This document shows, piece after piece, positions 29,538 to 38,795 of a stretch of 64,000 nucleotides of DNA (within the stretch, counting starts at the first letter, position 1; every line of letters starts with the position of its first letter). Below the pieces are notes generated by a model, which did not search any database, had not been told where the DNA came from, and saw only the letters and a program-made list of their open reading frames with translations. The DNA comes from Sedimentisphaerales bacterium. Its GTDB lineage: Bacteria; Planctomycetota; Phycisphaerae; Sedimentisphaerales; SM23-30. The translations under genes were made by a program, and so were the position numbers. The stretch lies in the NCBI GenBank assembly GCA_963663805.2, contig CAXXMR010000003.1, positions 32,001-96,000 on the forward strand, written 5' to 3'.

Positions 29538-30344
29538 ATGGATAATAAAAAGGCCTTTACACTGGTCGAACTGTTAGTCGTTGTAGCAATCATAGCTCTG
29601 TTAGTATCTATTTTGCTGCCGGCGCTGGGCAATGCCCGTCAGCAGGCAAGGAATGTTGTCTGTGCTAGCCAAATCAAACAATCATCCATGGCGGCTTTCT
29701 CTTATGCAACCGGAGTTAGCAAGAATGACAGGCTGCCCCGCGGTGCTACGGGCAATGGTACTGATGAATCAGATTATTTTAACGGTAATTCTCTGAGTAT
29801 TACTAATACTATTTATGAAGATTCGTTCGAGTGCATTGCCCGTTTCCTGGAAGATACCCGGATAATGGTTTGTCCCAATGCGATTAAATGGTACGAAAAT
29901 GATGCCGAGTATAACGGTGGCAGACCATTTATTACTGCCTACAATAAGAGTAAGAGTTGGAACGCCTTTACTCTGGGTTATAACTATCTTGGTGGGCATT
30001 ATGCCCAGAATTGGCCCGACCCTGTTGATCCTCAGGCAGTGAAATGGTATTCTCCTTCGACATTGAGTGACAGAGGAGATTTACCTCTGTTTGTCGATCT
30101 CATCTGGCAAAGTCCTTATTGGGCGAATTTTGGTAAAGGGACCGATATTGCCCATGCGAAGAACGGAGCTTTCAGGAGTGCTGATGGCACTACCTCTCCT
30201 GATGAACTTGTTTCTAAGATCGGTGGCAATGTTGGTGTTTTAGACGGGTCAGTAAAATGGAAGAGTTTCGATGAGATGGAGAAGCATCACACTTATAATT
30301 TCTATAGGGACTTATCTCGGCAGATGACGTTTGGCTGGTGGTAA
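29538..30344 (+). CDS. Prepilin-type N-terminal cleavage/methylation protein with C-terminal H...DG motif (DUF1559-like)
   Basis: KKAFTLVELLVVVAIIALLVSILLPALGNAR; AH...GGNVGVLDGSVKW. Confidence 0.9.
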   Translation: MDNKKAFTLVELLVVVAIIALLVSILLPALGNARQQARNVVCASQIKQSSMAAFSYATGVSKNDRLPRGATGNGTDESDYFNGNSLSITNTIYEDSFECIARFLEDTRIMVCPNAIKWYENDAEYNGGRPFITAYNKSKSWNAFTLGYNYLGGHYAQNWPDPVDPQAVKWYSPSTLSDRGDLPLFVDLIWQSPYWANFGKGTDIAHAKNGAFRSADGTTSPDELVSKIGGNVGVLDGSVKWKSFDEMEKHHTYNFYRDLSRQMTFGWW

Positions 30345-30410
30345 GTCGGCTCAGTTGTTATTTATCGCAATTATAAATTCACATACAGTGTATAGATTGG
30401 CAGTATTTTT

Positions 30411-31442
30411 GTGTTGAAAATTACAAGTAAAAAAGATGGTCAGGTTATTTCGTCTGGCAAGAATATCACCGCGAGTTTTCCTGTTGAGATTCCCTGGCAG
30501 GACCGCCCCGCGGGTGTCAAGGATGTAGTCTGGCGGCATGATGGCAATCCCATTATTGATCGTCATCCGATTGCATGTGCCCAGGGCGTGTATAACAGTT
30601 CGGTCGTGCCTTACAAAAACGGATATGTCGGCATATTTCGGGTTGACCATAAAAATCGCATTCCCAAACTGCACCTGGGTTTTAGTCCCGACGCCATCAA
30701 GTGGACCCTTGAGGAGCAGCCCATCAATCTGGCCGGTGCGCCCGCCGCGATAAGCAACATGGAATACGCTTACGACCCGCGGGTCTGCAAGATTGACGAC
30801 TACTGGTACATAACCTGGTGCAACGGCTATCACGGTCCGACCATAGGTCTGGCCCGCACACTCGATTTCCAGACCTTCGAACAAATGGAAAACGCGTTCC
30901 TGCCCTTCAATCGCAACGGTGTGATGTTCCCGCGCAAGATAAACGGCAATTTCGCCATGCTCAGTCGCCCCAGCGATAACGGCCATACGCCCTTCGGAGA
31001 TATTTACTACAGTGAAAGCCCAGACCTGACTTTCTGGGGCAAACATCGCTACATCATGGGCGCAGGCGGACAATGGTGGCAGGGTACCAAGATCGGTGCC
31101 GGCCCGATACCCATCGAAACCAAAGACGGCTGGCTGGTATTTTATCATGGCGTTCTGAGTACCTGCAACGGGTTCGTTTACAGCATGGGCGCCGCTCTGC
31201 TGGACCTCGATGACCCCAGTAAAGTTCTCTACCGCGCCAATGAACCTCTGCTCACCCCTGAAGCAAACTACGAAACCACAGGGCACGTCGCCAACGTGAT
31301 TTTCCCCTGTGCCTGCCTGTTCGACCAGGAAACCGGCAGAATTGTGATATATTACGGCTCGGCTGATACCTATACCTGCCTGGCTTATACAAAGCTGGAT
31401 GAACTGATTCTGTTTATCAAGAGTCATTCGGAAGTGTTTTAA
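30411..31442 (+). CDS. GH130 mannoside phosphorylase (beta-1,4-mannooligosaccharide/Man-GlcNAc phosphorylase-like)
   Basis: YNSSV, YAYDPRV, PFNRNGVMFPRKI, SRPSDNGHTPFGDI, KIGAG, YYGSADT; exact start uncertain. Confidence 0.9.
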   Translation: MLKITSKKDGQVISSGKNITASFPVEIPWQDRPAGVKDVVWRHDGNPIIDRHPIACAQGVYNSSVVPYKNGYVGIFRVDHKNRIPKLHLGFSPDAIKWTLEEQPINLAGAPAAISNMEYAYDPRVCKIDDYWYITWCNGYHGPTIGLARTLDFQTFEQMENAFLPFNRNGVMFPRKINGNFAMLSRPSDNGHTPFGDIYYSESPDLTFWGKHRYIMGAGGQWWQGTKIGAGPIPIETKDGWLVFYHGVLSTCNGFVYSMGAALLDLDDPSKVLYRANEPLLTPEANYETTGHVANVIFPCACLFDQETGRIVIYYGSADTYTCLAYTKLDELILFIKSHSEVF

Positions 31443-31521
31443 TCGGATTAGGAGGGGCTGACCTGGATTTTTATAGTCTGGGGGGATGCTGCGCCGGGTT
31501 CTATACAAAAAAGTGTGATTT

Positions 31522-34500
31522 TTGACAAATATTACCGAAAATTTATATATGAAGACAGAACCGCCAAAAGTCCAAATCAAGCTAAAAAAAAACACTCTCA
31601 CGTTCAAATATTCAAGGAGCCACAAACTTTTGACGCTGGCGTCTCTGAACGCTCATTTTACCCTGAAAATTATCGCCTGCCTTACCCTGCTGACAGTTGG
31701 GACGGTTTTGGGGCAGGCGGAGATACCACAATCTTACCGTACAGTCGTCCTGCAAGGTCCGCATGATGATATGGATTCCATCGCTGAGCTAACCGGGCGA
31801 ATTAATGGTGCCGTGGTTGTCAATTACCATCAGCTTATCTCCAGCCAGGTCGATTTAGCCGATTGCCACTGCCTGATAATCCCCAACAGCGTCAACTACC
31901 CCGCCCAGGCAGCCTCCATACTGGAAAAATTCATCAATAGCGGCAAAGACCTCATCCTGCTGGGTGGCCACGCGTTCACCAACCCCCTCTGGCAGTTCAA
32001 AGGCCAATGGCTAACCCGCACCCAACTGCACAAATCCGCCCTCGCCACCGCCGCGGACATCAAACCCATATTCAAAGCCGACACCGCCGCCAAAACCTGG
32101 AAAAGAAACGCCCAGAACCTTCAGACCGCCTCGACCATCAACCATCAGGACGGCATCATCAACATCAGCATCAAAGACCTCGCCCTATGGGCCTGGGATT
32201 CTTTCGAGCATCGCCTGCCCCGCAAAAAATTAAAGAACCACAACGCTCTGAATTTTCAACTGAAAGCATCACCGCAAACCAGAACCGTAGTTGTCGAGAT
32301 CGCCGAAAACGACAAATCCCGCTGGGTGTACGTCGTGCCGGTCACCGACCAATGGCAAAAATACACCGTCCCGATACGCGATTTTACCTTTTTTGCTGAT
32401 GGTTCCCCGCCGAATCGCGGTTTCGACGGCGACTCACTCAATCTGCAAAATGCCAAAACCATCGCCTTTGGAATGGCCTTCAACATATCACCCTTCAACG
32501 CCGGCGACCACGACATCACAATAAAGGAACTAGCCACCGCCCGCATCGACATTCCAGATGGTCTGTATTCTGAAACTTCGACAATTGAACTGCCGATTTT
32601 TGAAACCAGAGAAATCTATCAGCTTGAAGACATAACGAGTATTTCACCTTACGGCTCGCAGAATATCATCAGAAATATCCATCAGACAGACGGCAAATTT
32701 AAGGGTACTTCCGCCGTAGGTTTCGCCTACCCCGACGCGTCAGATTTCATCCCCTTGCTCATCGCCCGTGACCAGTACAATCGCGACCGTGGTATTGCTG
32801 CCGGTTTGCTCATCCACTATCAAGGCCCATACGCTCCCGGTCAATGGCTCATCTCCGGAATCAACAATCCGGAATTCTACCAGACCGCAACTTTCAAAAC
32901 CGCTCTGGACCAGACTCTACGCCGCATGAAAAACAGAGAGCTGCCCCAGATTAGCCAAAGTCAAAACGAAATCAATAAATCCAGAACCCTAAAGCCCCAT
33001 CCCGGTAGTAATCACCATTTGACTATCAGCCCCGACGGCAAACATTTCGTCACCGCTGACAATCAGCGGTTTTTCGCTATCGGCTGTAACTATCTCGGCC
33101 CCAGCGACCGCAAATGCCACCTCGCCTCACTGTTCGACCCCGTGAAAATCGAAAATGACTTTCGCCTCGCCAAAAAAGCCGGCATCAACCTGTTTCGCTT
33201 CTGGCTGTCAAATCTCGATGAGAACCCCGATAATTTCCGCACCATCCTTGCCCTTGCCGAAAAATATAATATCTATCTGCTTCTGCTGCCCCAGCCGCAC
33301 GCTCAGCCCACCGACCACGAAACCATCGCACTGCTGGAAAGATGCGTCAAACTCGCCGCCGATTCACCCATGGTTGTTGGTTACGACCTCATGAACGAGC
33401 CGCTAATCACCGAAGTCGGCTCCGTCCGAATCGCCGGCCAGCCCGCCCCCATCATCGAGCATAAACCTTACAACCGCTATCCCGCCGACTTGACCAAAAA
33501 ACTCTGGGTTGACCAGCTAACCAAAAACCGCTCCGGCTGGCCCGCCGTCAAGCCCTGGGTAAACGACACCGATGCCCGCCAGCTCTACGCCGCCCACTAC
33601 CTCGGCGAAAATCTCATCCTGAAACTCACCACCTGTGACAACATCTCACTGCTCTGCGGCCTGGAAAACAACCTCCAGCTTCCTCCGGAGTATCAGGAAT
33701 TCCAGACCGCCGTCGACCAGACCTTCGCCAACTGGCTCGATTTTCAAATCAAGACCATCAAAAGCATCGCCCCCGAAGAATACATTACCGTCGGCTACAA
33801 CACCCCTCTAGCCGCTCTTTATGCCAACCAGGCCTTGGACTTCCAGGCCTATCATCTTTACAACCTGCCCTACAGCCGAAATGATTTTGAAACCGGATTA
33901 GCCACTCTCGAACGCCTGCGCAAGATTTTCCCCGCTCAGCCTGTCACTCTAGGCGAGTTCGGCTACTCCGAAGGCTTGAAAATGCCCGACGGCACTTATC
34001 TCGACATGTATTCCGCCTCCGTCGCTGAGATGATAACTCTGCTCTACTCTTACGCCCACCAGTACAGCGGGGTGATGTTCTGGCTGCTCACCGAATGGCC
34101 CGTCGCCAACATAAAATACAACGCACCCTGGGTCGCCCCCGAAAAACTCACCACCGAATCACGTTTCGGCCTCTACTGTTACGACGGAACCGAATCATCC
34201 CGGCCCAAACCCATCGCCCACGCCACAGCGTTTCTGGCGAAATATCTTGCCGAAAACCCAACTGCTCACTCGGCCCGATTCGAGCTTACCGACGCCGACA
34301 CGCCCATTAAAACCGGATATGTCTTTACTGCCCCCAAGGCCTTGTTCATTGGCAATCGCCAATACAAAAGCCCGGCCTTGTCCTTCCACGCTGCCCAGCC
34401 CGCCAACCTCATGCTCACCTGGAATGATAAAGAGCTGACCATCATGTCCACCGCCGATGTGGCCTTGACCATCAGCCCCGAATCAATCACCGCTCGCAAA

Positions 34501-34575
34501 GCCAAAGAAGTAACCATCGGCCTGCTGGCCGGTGAAACTGTAAGGATTCCTCTAGACCCACAGGAAATTAATTAA
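31522..34575 (+). CDS. Secreted modular GH5-like glycoside hydrolase with CBM11-like module
   Basis: GCNY, NLFRFW, YDLMNEP, AYHLY, TLGEFG; true start probably downstream of 31522. Confidence 0.7.
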   Translation: MTNITENLYMKTEPPKVQIKLKKNTLTFKYSRSHKLLTLASLNAHFTLKIIACLTLLTVGTVLGQAEIPQSYRTVVLQGPHDDMDSIAELTGRINGAVVVNYHQLISSQVDLADCHCLIIPNSVNYPAQAASILEKFINSGKDLILLGGHAFTNPLWQFKGQWLTRTQLHKSALATAADIKPIFKADTAAKTWKRNAQNLQTASTINHQDGIINISIKDLALWAWDSFEHRLPRKKLKNHNALNFQLKASPQTRTVVVEIAENDKSRWVYVVPVTDQWQKYTVPIRDFTFFADGSPPNRGFDGDSLNLQNAKTIAFGMAFNISPFNAGDHDITIKELATARIDIPDGLYSETSTIELPIFETREIYQLEDITSISPYGSQNIIRNIHQTDGKFKGTSAVGFAYPDASDFIPLLIARDQYNRDRGIAAGLLIHYQGPYAPGQWLISGINNPEFYQTATFKTALDQTLRRMKNRELPQISQSQNEINKSRTLKPHPGSNHHLTISPDGKHFVTADNQRFFAIGCNYLGPSDRKCHLASLFDPVKIENDFRLAKKAGINLFRFWLSNLDENPDNFRTILALAEKYNIYLLLLPQPHAQPTDHETIALLERCVKLAADSPMVVGYDLMNEPLITEVGSVRIAGQPAPIIEHKPYNRYPADLTKKLWVDQLTKNRSGWPAVKPWVNDTDARQLYAAHYLGENLILKLTTCDNISLLCGLENNLQLPPEYQEFQTAVDQTFANWLDFQIKTIKSIAPEEYITVGYNTPLAALYANQALDFQAYHLYNLPYSRNDFETGLATLERLRKIFPAQPVTLGEFGYSEGLKMPDGTYLDMYSASVAEMITLLYSYAHQYSGVMFWLLTEWPVANIKYNAPWVAPEKLTTESRFGLYCYDGTESSRPKPIAHATAFLAKYLAENPTAHSARFELTDADTPIKTGYVFTAPKALFIGNRQYKSPALSFHAAQPANLMLTWNDKELTIMSTADVALTISPESITARKAKEVTIGLLAGETVRIPLDPQEIN

Positions 34576-35600
34576 TGAAACTCATACGCTGTAAACAAAA
34601 CCCCATCATCTCACCCAATCCCAACACGAAATGGGAGTCGCTCGTTGCCACCAACCCCGCGGCCTGGTTTGATGAAGCGGACCAGAAATTTAAATTGCTC
34701 TATCGTGCCGCCGGCGATGAACTGGAGCATTATGTTTATTTCGGCCTCGCCCAAAGCGAAGACGGTATAAACTTCACCAGAACATCGGATTTGCCGGTAT
34801 TCGCTCCCAGTAAAGACGGACCCGACGCCGGCTGTGTCGAAGACCCCCGCGTCGTCAAAATGGGTGATGATTATCTCATCACTTACGCCAGCCGTCCCTT
34901 TCCGCCCGGTCAATACTGGCTCATGGGAGGTCAGCCCTTCAAACCGCCAACATGTCCCGATTATTACCCTCGCCTCCAACGCGAAAACGCCACCGCCACT
35001 TTTCTAGCTATCACCAAAGATTTCAAAACCTTCATTCGCGCTGGCCGTATGACCAATCCGCTTATTGATGACCGCGACGTGATTCTCTTCCCGGAAAAGG
35101 TCGATGGCCAGTTTGTAATGATGCATCGACCCATGGAATGGTACGGCGATGGTTACGAAAATCAATATCCTGCCATGTGGATTAGCAAAGCCGACGACCT
35201 GCTTGGTTTCAACGAAAGCAAACTGCTCGCAAAAGCCGAATTCCCCTGGGAAACAAAACTTGGTGGCAATACTCCCCCGATTAAAACCCCGCTCGGCTGG
35301 CTCACCCTCTATCACGCCGTCGGACCCGACAGCCAATATCGACTAGGCGCCATGATTCTCGACCTCGAAGACCCCGCCATCGTACGTTATCGTGGCAAAG
35401 ACTGGCTCATGCAGCCGGAAGAACCCTACGAAACTGAAGGATTCTACAACGGCGTAATTTTCCCCTGCGGCAAAGTCGTTCGCGACGACACCCTCTACGT
35501 CTATTACGGTGGTGCGGACAAGTACGTCGGCCTGGCAACCTGTTCATTAACCGAACTGCTTGATTACCTGAAAAGCTGCCCTTTTCAGTATTCTGAGTAG
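34575..35600 (+). CDS. GH130-family glycosidase/phosphorylase
   Basis: NPAA, GCVEDPRV, LFPEK, HRP, GVIFPCG, YYGGADKY. Confidence 0.9.
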   Translation: MKLIRCKQNPIISPNPNTKWESLVATNPAAWFDEADQKFKLLYRAAGDELEHYVYFGLAQSEDGINFTRTSDLPVFAPSKDGPDAGCVEDPRVVKMGDDYLITYASRPFPPGQYWLMGGQPFKPPTCPDYYPRLQRENATATFLAITKDFKTFIRAGRMTNPLIDDRDVILFPEKVDGQFVMMHRPMEWYGDGYENQYPAMWISKADDLLGFNESKLLAKAEFPWETKLGGNTPPIKTPLGWLTLYHAVGPDSQYRLGAMILDLEDPAIVRYRGKDWLMQPEEPYETEGFYNGVIFPCGKVVRDDTLYVYYGGADKYVGLATCSLTELLDYLKSCPFQYSE

Positions 35601-35753
35601 GAAATTAGGGGTGGGTCCTATAACATATTTTTTTAATAAGTGGTTCAAATTTGCATGGTTGGGCGTTTTTCTGACGATATAAATTCCGCTGGTAACATAG
35701 CTTTGACATCGGCTGAATAGTCAGCCAGAGTATTTAGTACCAAGGAGCTGTGC

Positions 35754-36593
35754 ATGGAAGCACTGCGAAAAGGAATGATATTTTTGGGGGTGCTGATAGT
35801 CATTACGCTTACGACTGTCTCCGCCGGTCACCTCGACTTCAAAGAGTTTTCGGAACCTTTGACTTTATTACTGGTTATCGGACTGACTTTGTTTCTGGGC
35901 GCCATGACTTATGCTCCCGGTGCTATCGCGGCGGAGATGAAAAAGCTGCTTACCCATAGCAAAGGCGGGGAAGGGCCAGACCGTCGACTACTGGCGCAAC
36001 TGGCATTGTATGCCCTGGTTTCCGGTGTGGTGTTGGCTATTGTCCAGATAATGCTGAAGCTGAGGGCAGAGCCAGGGGGGCAACTGGGCTGGGAAGTCAC
36101 CCGGACAGCCCTCCTTTCTTTGCTTTATGGGGTTTTGGCCGGGGTTGGCTTTTGGGCAGCCAGTGGACTGGATCGACCTGACAAAAGTTGTGCTGACAGC
36201 CCGGATTTTAATCGTCAGCGACCGGCAACGGCAGTGCAGACGACCCTGGCATTTTGCGTATTACTTCTGATTGTTGGTGTTTTGGCAGTGTGCCTGGTGG
36301 GGATGCGGATGGGACCTGAGAAGTGCGGCAGATTTATGGGACGGGCTGAGGCGGCGACTATGCCGATTTCCCAGAAAATCGAGCTGGATGACCGGCAGTT
36401 GTGGCTTCCGGCGGCCTGGGTGGACGTCCCTGTTGATTCTGAGGATACTACGCCAGTTATCAATACTGAAAAAGGTGAAAATGCCCCTTCGGTAGAAAAT
36501 AATCCCCGGATCTCAACCCGCTGGGAACAGGGCCGGCCAGTGGTCCAGTGGCCTCAGGGTAAATCTTTGCCGGCAATTAAGCAGGACAGATAG
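35754..36593 (+). CDS. Membrane protein, weakly MotA/TolQ/ExbB-like
   Basis: AAGGAG RBS; ~5 hydrophobic segments; ALLSLLYG resembles MotA TM4. Confidence 0.5.
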   Translation: MEALRKGMIFLGVLIVITLTTVSAGHLDFKEFSEPLTLLLVIGLTLFLGAMTYAPGAIAAEMKKLLTHSKGGEGPDRRLLAQLALYALVSGVVLAIVQIMLKLRAEPGGQLGWEVTRTALLSLLYGVLAGVGFWAASGLDRPDKSCADSPDFNRQRPATAVQTTLAFCVLLLIVGVLAVCLVGMRMGPEKCGRFMGRAEAATMPISQKIELDDRQLWLPAAWVDVPVDSEDTTPVINTEKGENAPSVENNPRISTRWEQGRPVVQWPQGKSLPAIKQDR

Positions 36594-36751
36594 TTTTTCA
36601 TAAAACCAAAGTTAATCTACCGAAAAAATACAATTTTCGGGCTAAAAACGCGATTAAATCCAGATTTTTCCCAAAAAACGTGCGTTTTTTGGTAAAATCA
36701 GGCGGTTTCGCGCTGAAAATCAGGCTTTTTTCCCAGGGGGGGGGGTTGTGC

Positions 36752-36779
36752 TTGACGGGGATTCTGTTTTTGGTACAAT
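36752..36779 (+). promoter_or_regulatory. Sigma70-type promoter of the GAF-HlyD/M50 operon
   Basis: TTGACG-16 nt-TACAAT; G10 tract immediately upstream. Confidence 0.55.
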
Positions 36780-36828
36780 CCAGGCCTATGTTGCATAACT
36801 TAAAGGCTGAGGGGGAATTAAGGAATCA

Positions 36829-38778
36829 TTGGTGGCTGAGCAAAACGCAGGTCAACGACTAGGGGAAATTTTTTCACGCATTTCAAAGCTGCCCCGCGCC
36901 AATCTCGAACCGCCTCAGTTTTTTGCAAATTTCCTGCAACTAACAATCGCCGGTACCGGCAGTGTGGGCGGGGCGATTTGGCTGATGCAGGAGGATAAGG
37001 GGCCTCAGTGCTATTGTCATCTGGAGCTGGAGAAATCGGGACTGAATGAGTCTCAGGAGCAGCAGAAGCTGATAGTTGAGGCGGTGGGGCGGGTTATTGG
37101 CGAGAAAAAACCAGTAGTTATGCCTTCGGGCGGGGTTAGTGTTGAGGGTGGTTTGGGTGTTGAGGTTCTGGAGGGCAGTCAATGTGGTTCGGGTCTGTTC
37201 TTTCAGCCGCTGCGGGCGGGGGGGCAGGTGGCGATGGTTTTGCAGCTTATCGGTTCGCCGAATTTGCAGGTTAATGATTACGCGTCGATATTGCGGCTGG
37301 CGGCTCAGGCAGCGGATGCGGCCGAGACGTTTCTGGCTCATCGTCGGGCAACGGTTCTGGATGATGACCGCAAGGCCCTGGCGCGGCTGTTACAGTTCGC
37401 TGAGGGGGTTCACGGTTCGCTGGACCCGCAGAAAGTGATTTACGAGGCGGTTAATCTGGGGCGGGATGTGATTAAATGTACCCGGGCGGTGGCCTGGGTT
37501 GACCCGGCGGTCAAACGCCAGCTGCTGGCGGTGAGCGGGGTGGATAAGCCGGATAAGCGAGGGGTGCTGCTGGTGTCGGTGGATAAGCTTTGTCGGCATT
37601 GTCTGGAGATTAAAAAGCCGATTGTGGCTTCGCGGGCACAATTGCCGGAGCTGGACGAGCAGGCTGAGCTTACGGGGCTGCTGAAAAGTTATTTCCATGT
37701 AAGCAATCTGGATGATATTTATTTGCAGCCGTTGGAAGGCAAAAATGGTTATCTGGGGGTTTTGGTGGTTGAAGGTTTTGACGCAGGGGCTGGCGCGAAT
37801 ATGGCGGGGCTGATTTCGGCGGTTAGCAAGCATACTTCTTTGGCTTTGGCAAACGCTCTGGAGATGGCGTCGTTGCCGATGATGAAGCCTTTGGCGAGAA
37901 TGAAACAGGCACACAAGGACCCGAAGAAACGTAAGAAAACGATGATGTGGACGGTCGGTATTGTGCTGTTTGTGGTGCTGATGCTGCTGGTGCCGTGGAC
38001 GGTTAAGATTGATTGTGCTTGTGAACTTACGCCTTTGCAGAAGCGGGTGATAGATTCTCCGCTGGATGGTTTGCAGATAGCTTCGGTTGAGATTGCCTCA
38101 GGGCGGGTGAGTAAGGGGCAGGTAATTATCAAGCTGAATTCGGATGAGTTGAATACTCGTTTGTTTACGCTGGAGGCGGACTTGCAGCGGGAACAGGTGA
38201 ATATGAAGCAGGCGATACGGTCGGCAGATAAGCGTTTGAGTGAGTTGCAGGTTGAGCGTCTGGAAAGTCAAATCATGCTGGTTAATTCTCAGATTGAAAA
38301 GACGAGCATTCGTTCGCCGATAGACGGGGTGATTCTGACTGAGGATCTGGAGCTGAAAGAAGGGCTTACGGTGAAAATTGGTGAGCCGATTCTGGAAGTG
38401 GCTGATTTGGATAACTGGCAGTTGTCGCTGGAAGTGCCGCAGAAGGAAATCGGCTGGGTTCAGATGGGCCTGGCTGAGCGGGCGGAGAGTACGGATGAAC
38501 TGCTGGTGGAGTTTTATCTGGCGGCGTATCCGGAATATCGTCTGTCGGCGGGGATACGCAGTCGTGACCAGATAGCCCAGATGGCGCGGGTGGGCCAGGA
38601 AGAGCATGTTTATGAGATAAAGGTTGATGTTCCGGGTGAGAGCTTTGGTGATATGAAGGGCAGTTTGCGTTCGGGCAGTGAGGGTCGGGCCAAGATTGCC
38701 ACGACTGAGCGTGCTTTGGGTTATGTGTTGCTTCGTAAGGTTATCAGGTTCTTCCGGGTAACATTTTTTGAATTCTAA
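36829..38778 (+). CDS. Tandem GAF-like domains fused to HlyD-type periplasmic adaptor
   Basis: Two GAF-like regions, one TM, lipoyl-like half motifs (VSKGQVII; IRSPIDGVIL; VKIGEPILEV), coiled coil. Confidence 0.8.
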   Translation: MVAEQNAGQRLGEIFSRISKLPRANLEPPQFFANFLQLTIAGTGSVGGAIWLMQEDKGPQCYCHLELEKSGLNESQEQQKLIVEAVGRVIGEKKPVVMPSGGVSVEGGLGVEVLEGSQCGSGLFFQPLRAGGQVAMVLQLIGSPNLQVNDYASILRLAAQAADAAETFLAHRRATVLDDDRKALARLLQFAEGVHGSLDPQKVIYEAVNLGRDVIKCTRAVAWVDPAVKRQLLAVSGVDKPDKRGVLLVSVDKLCRHCLEIKKPIVASRAQLPELDEQAELTGLLKSYFHVSNLDDIYLQPLEGKNGYLGVLVVEGFDAGAGANMAGLISAVSKHTSLALANALEMASLPMMKPLARMKQAHKDPKKRKKTMMWTVGIVLFVVLMLLVPWTVKIDCACELTPLQKRVIDSPLDGLQIASVEIASGRVSKGQVIIKLNSDELNTRLFTLEADLQREQVNMKQAIRSADKRLSELQVERLESQIMLVNSQIEKTSIRSPIDGVILTEDLELKEGLTVKIGEPILEVADLDNWQLSLEVPQKEIGWVQMGLAERAESTDELLVEFYLAAYPEYRLSAGIRSRDQIAQMARVGQEEHVYEIKVDVPGESFGDMKGSLRSGSEGRAKIATTERALGYVLLRKVIRFFRVTFFEF

Positions 38779-38795
38779 AATGGTGAATCGCAAAT

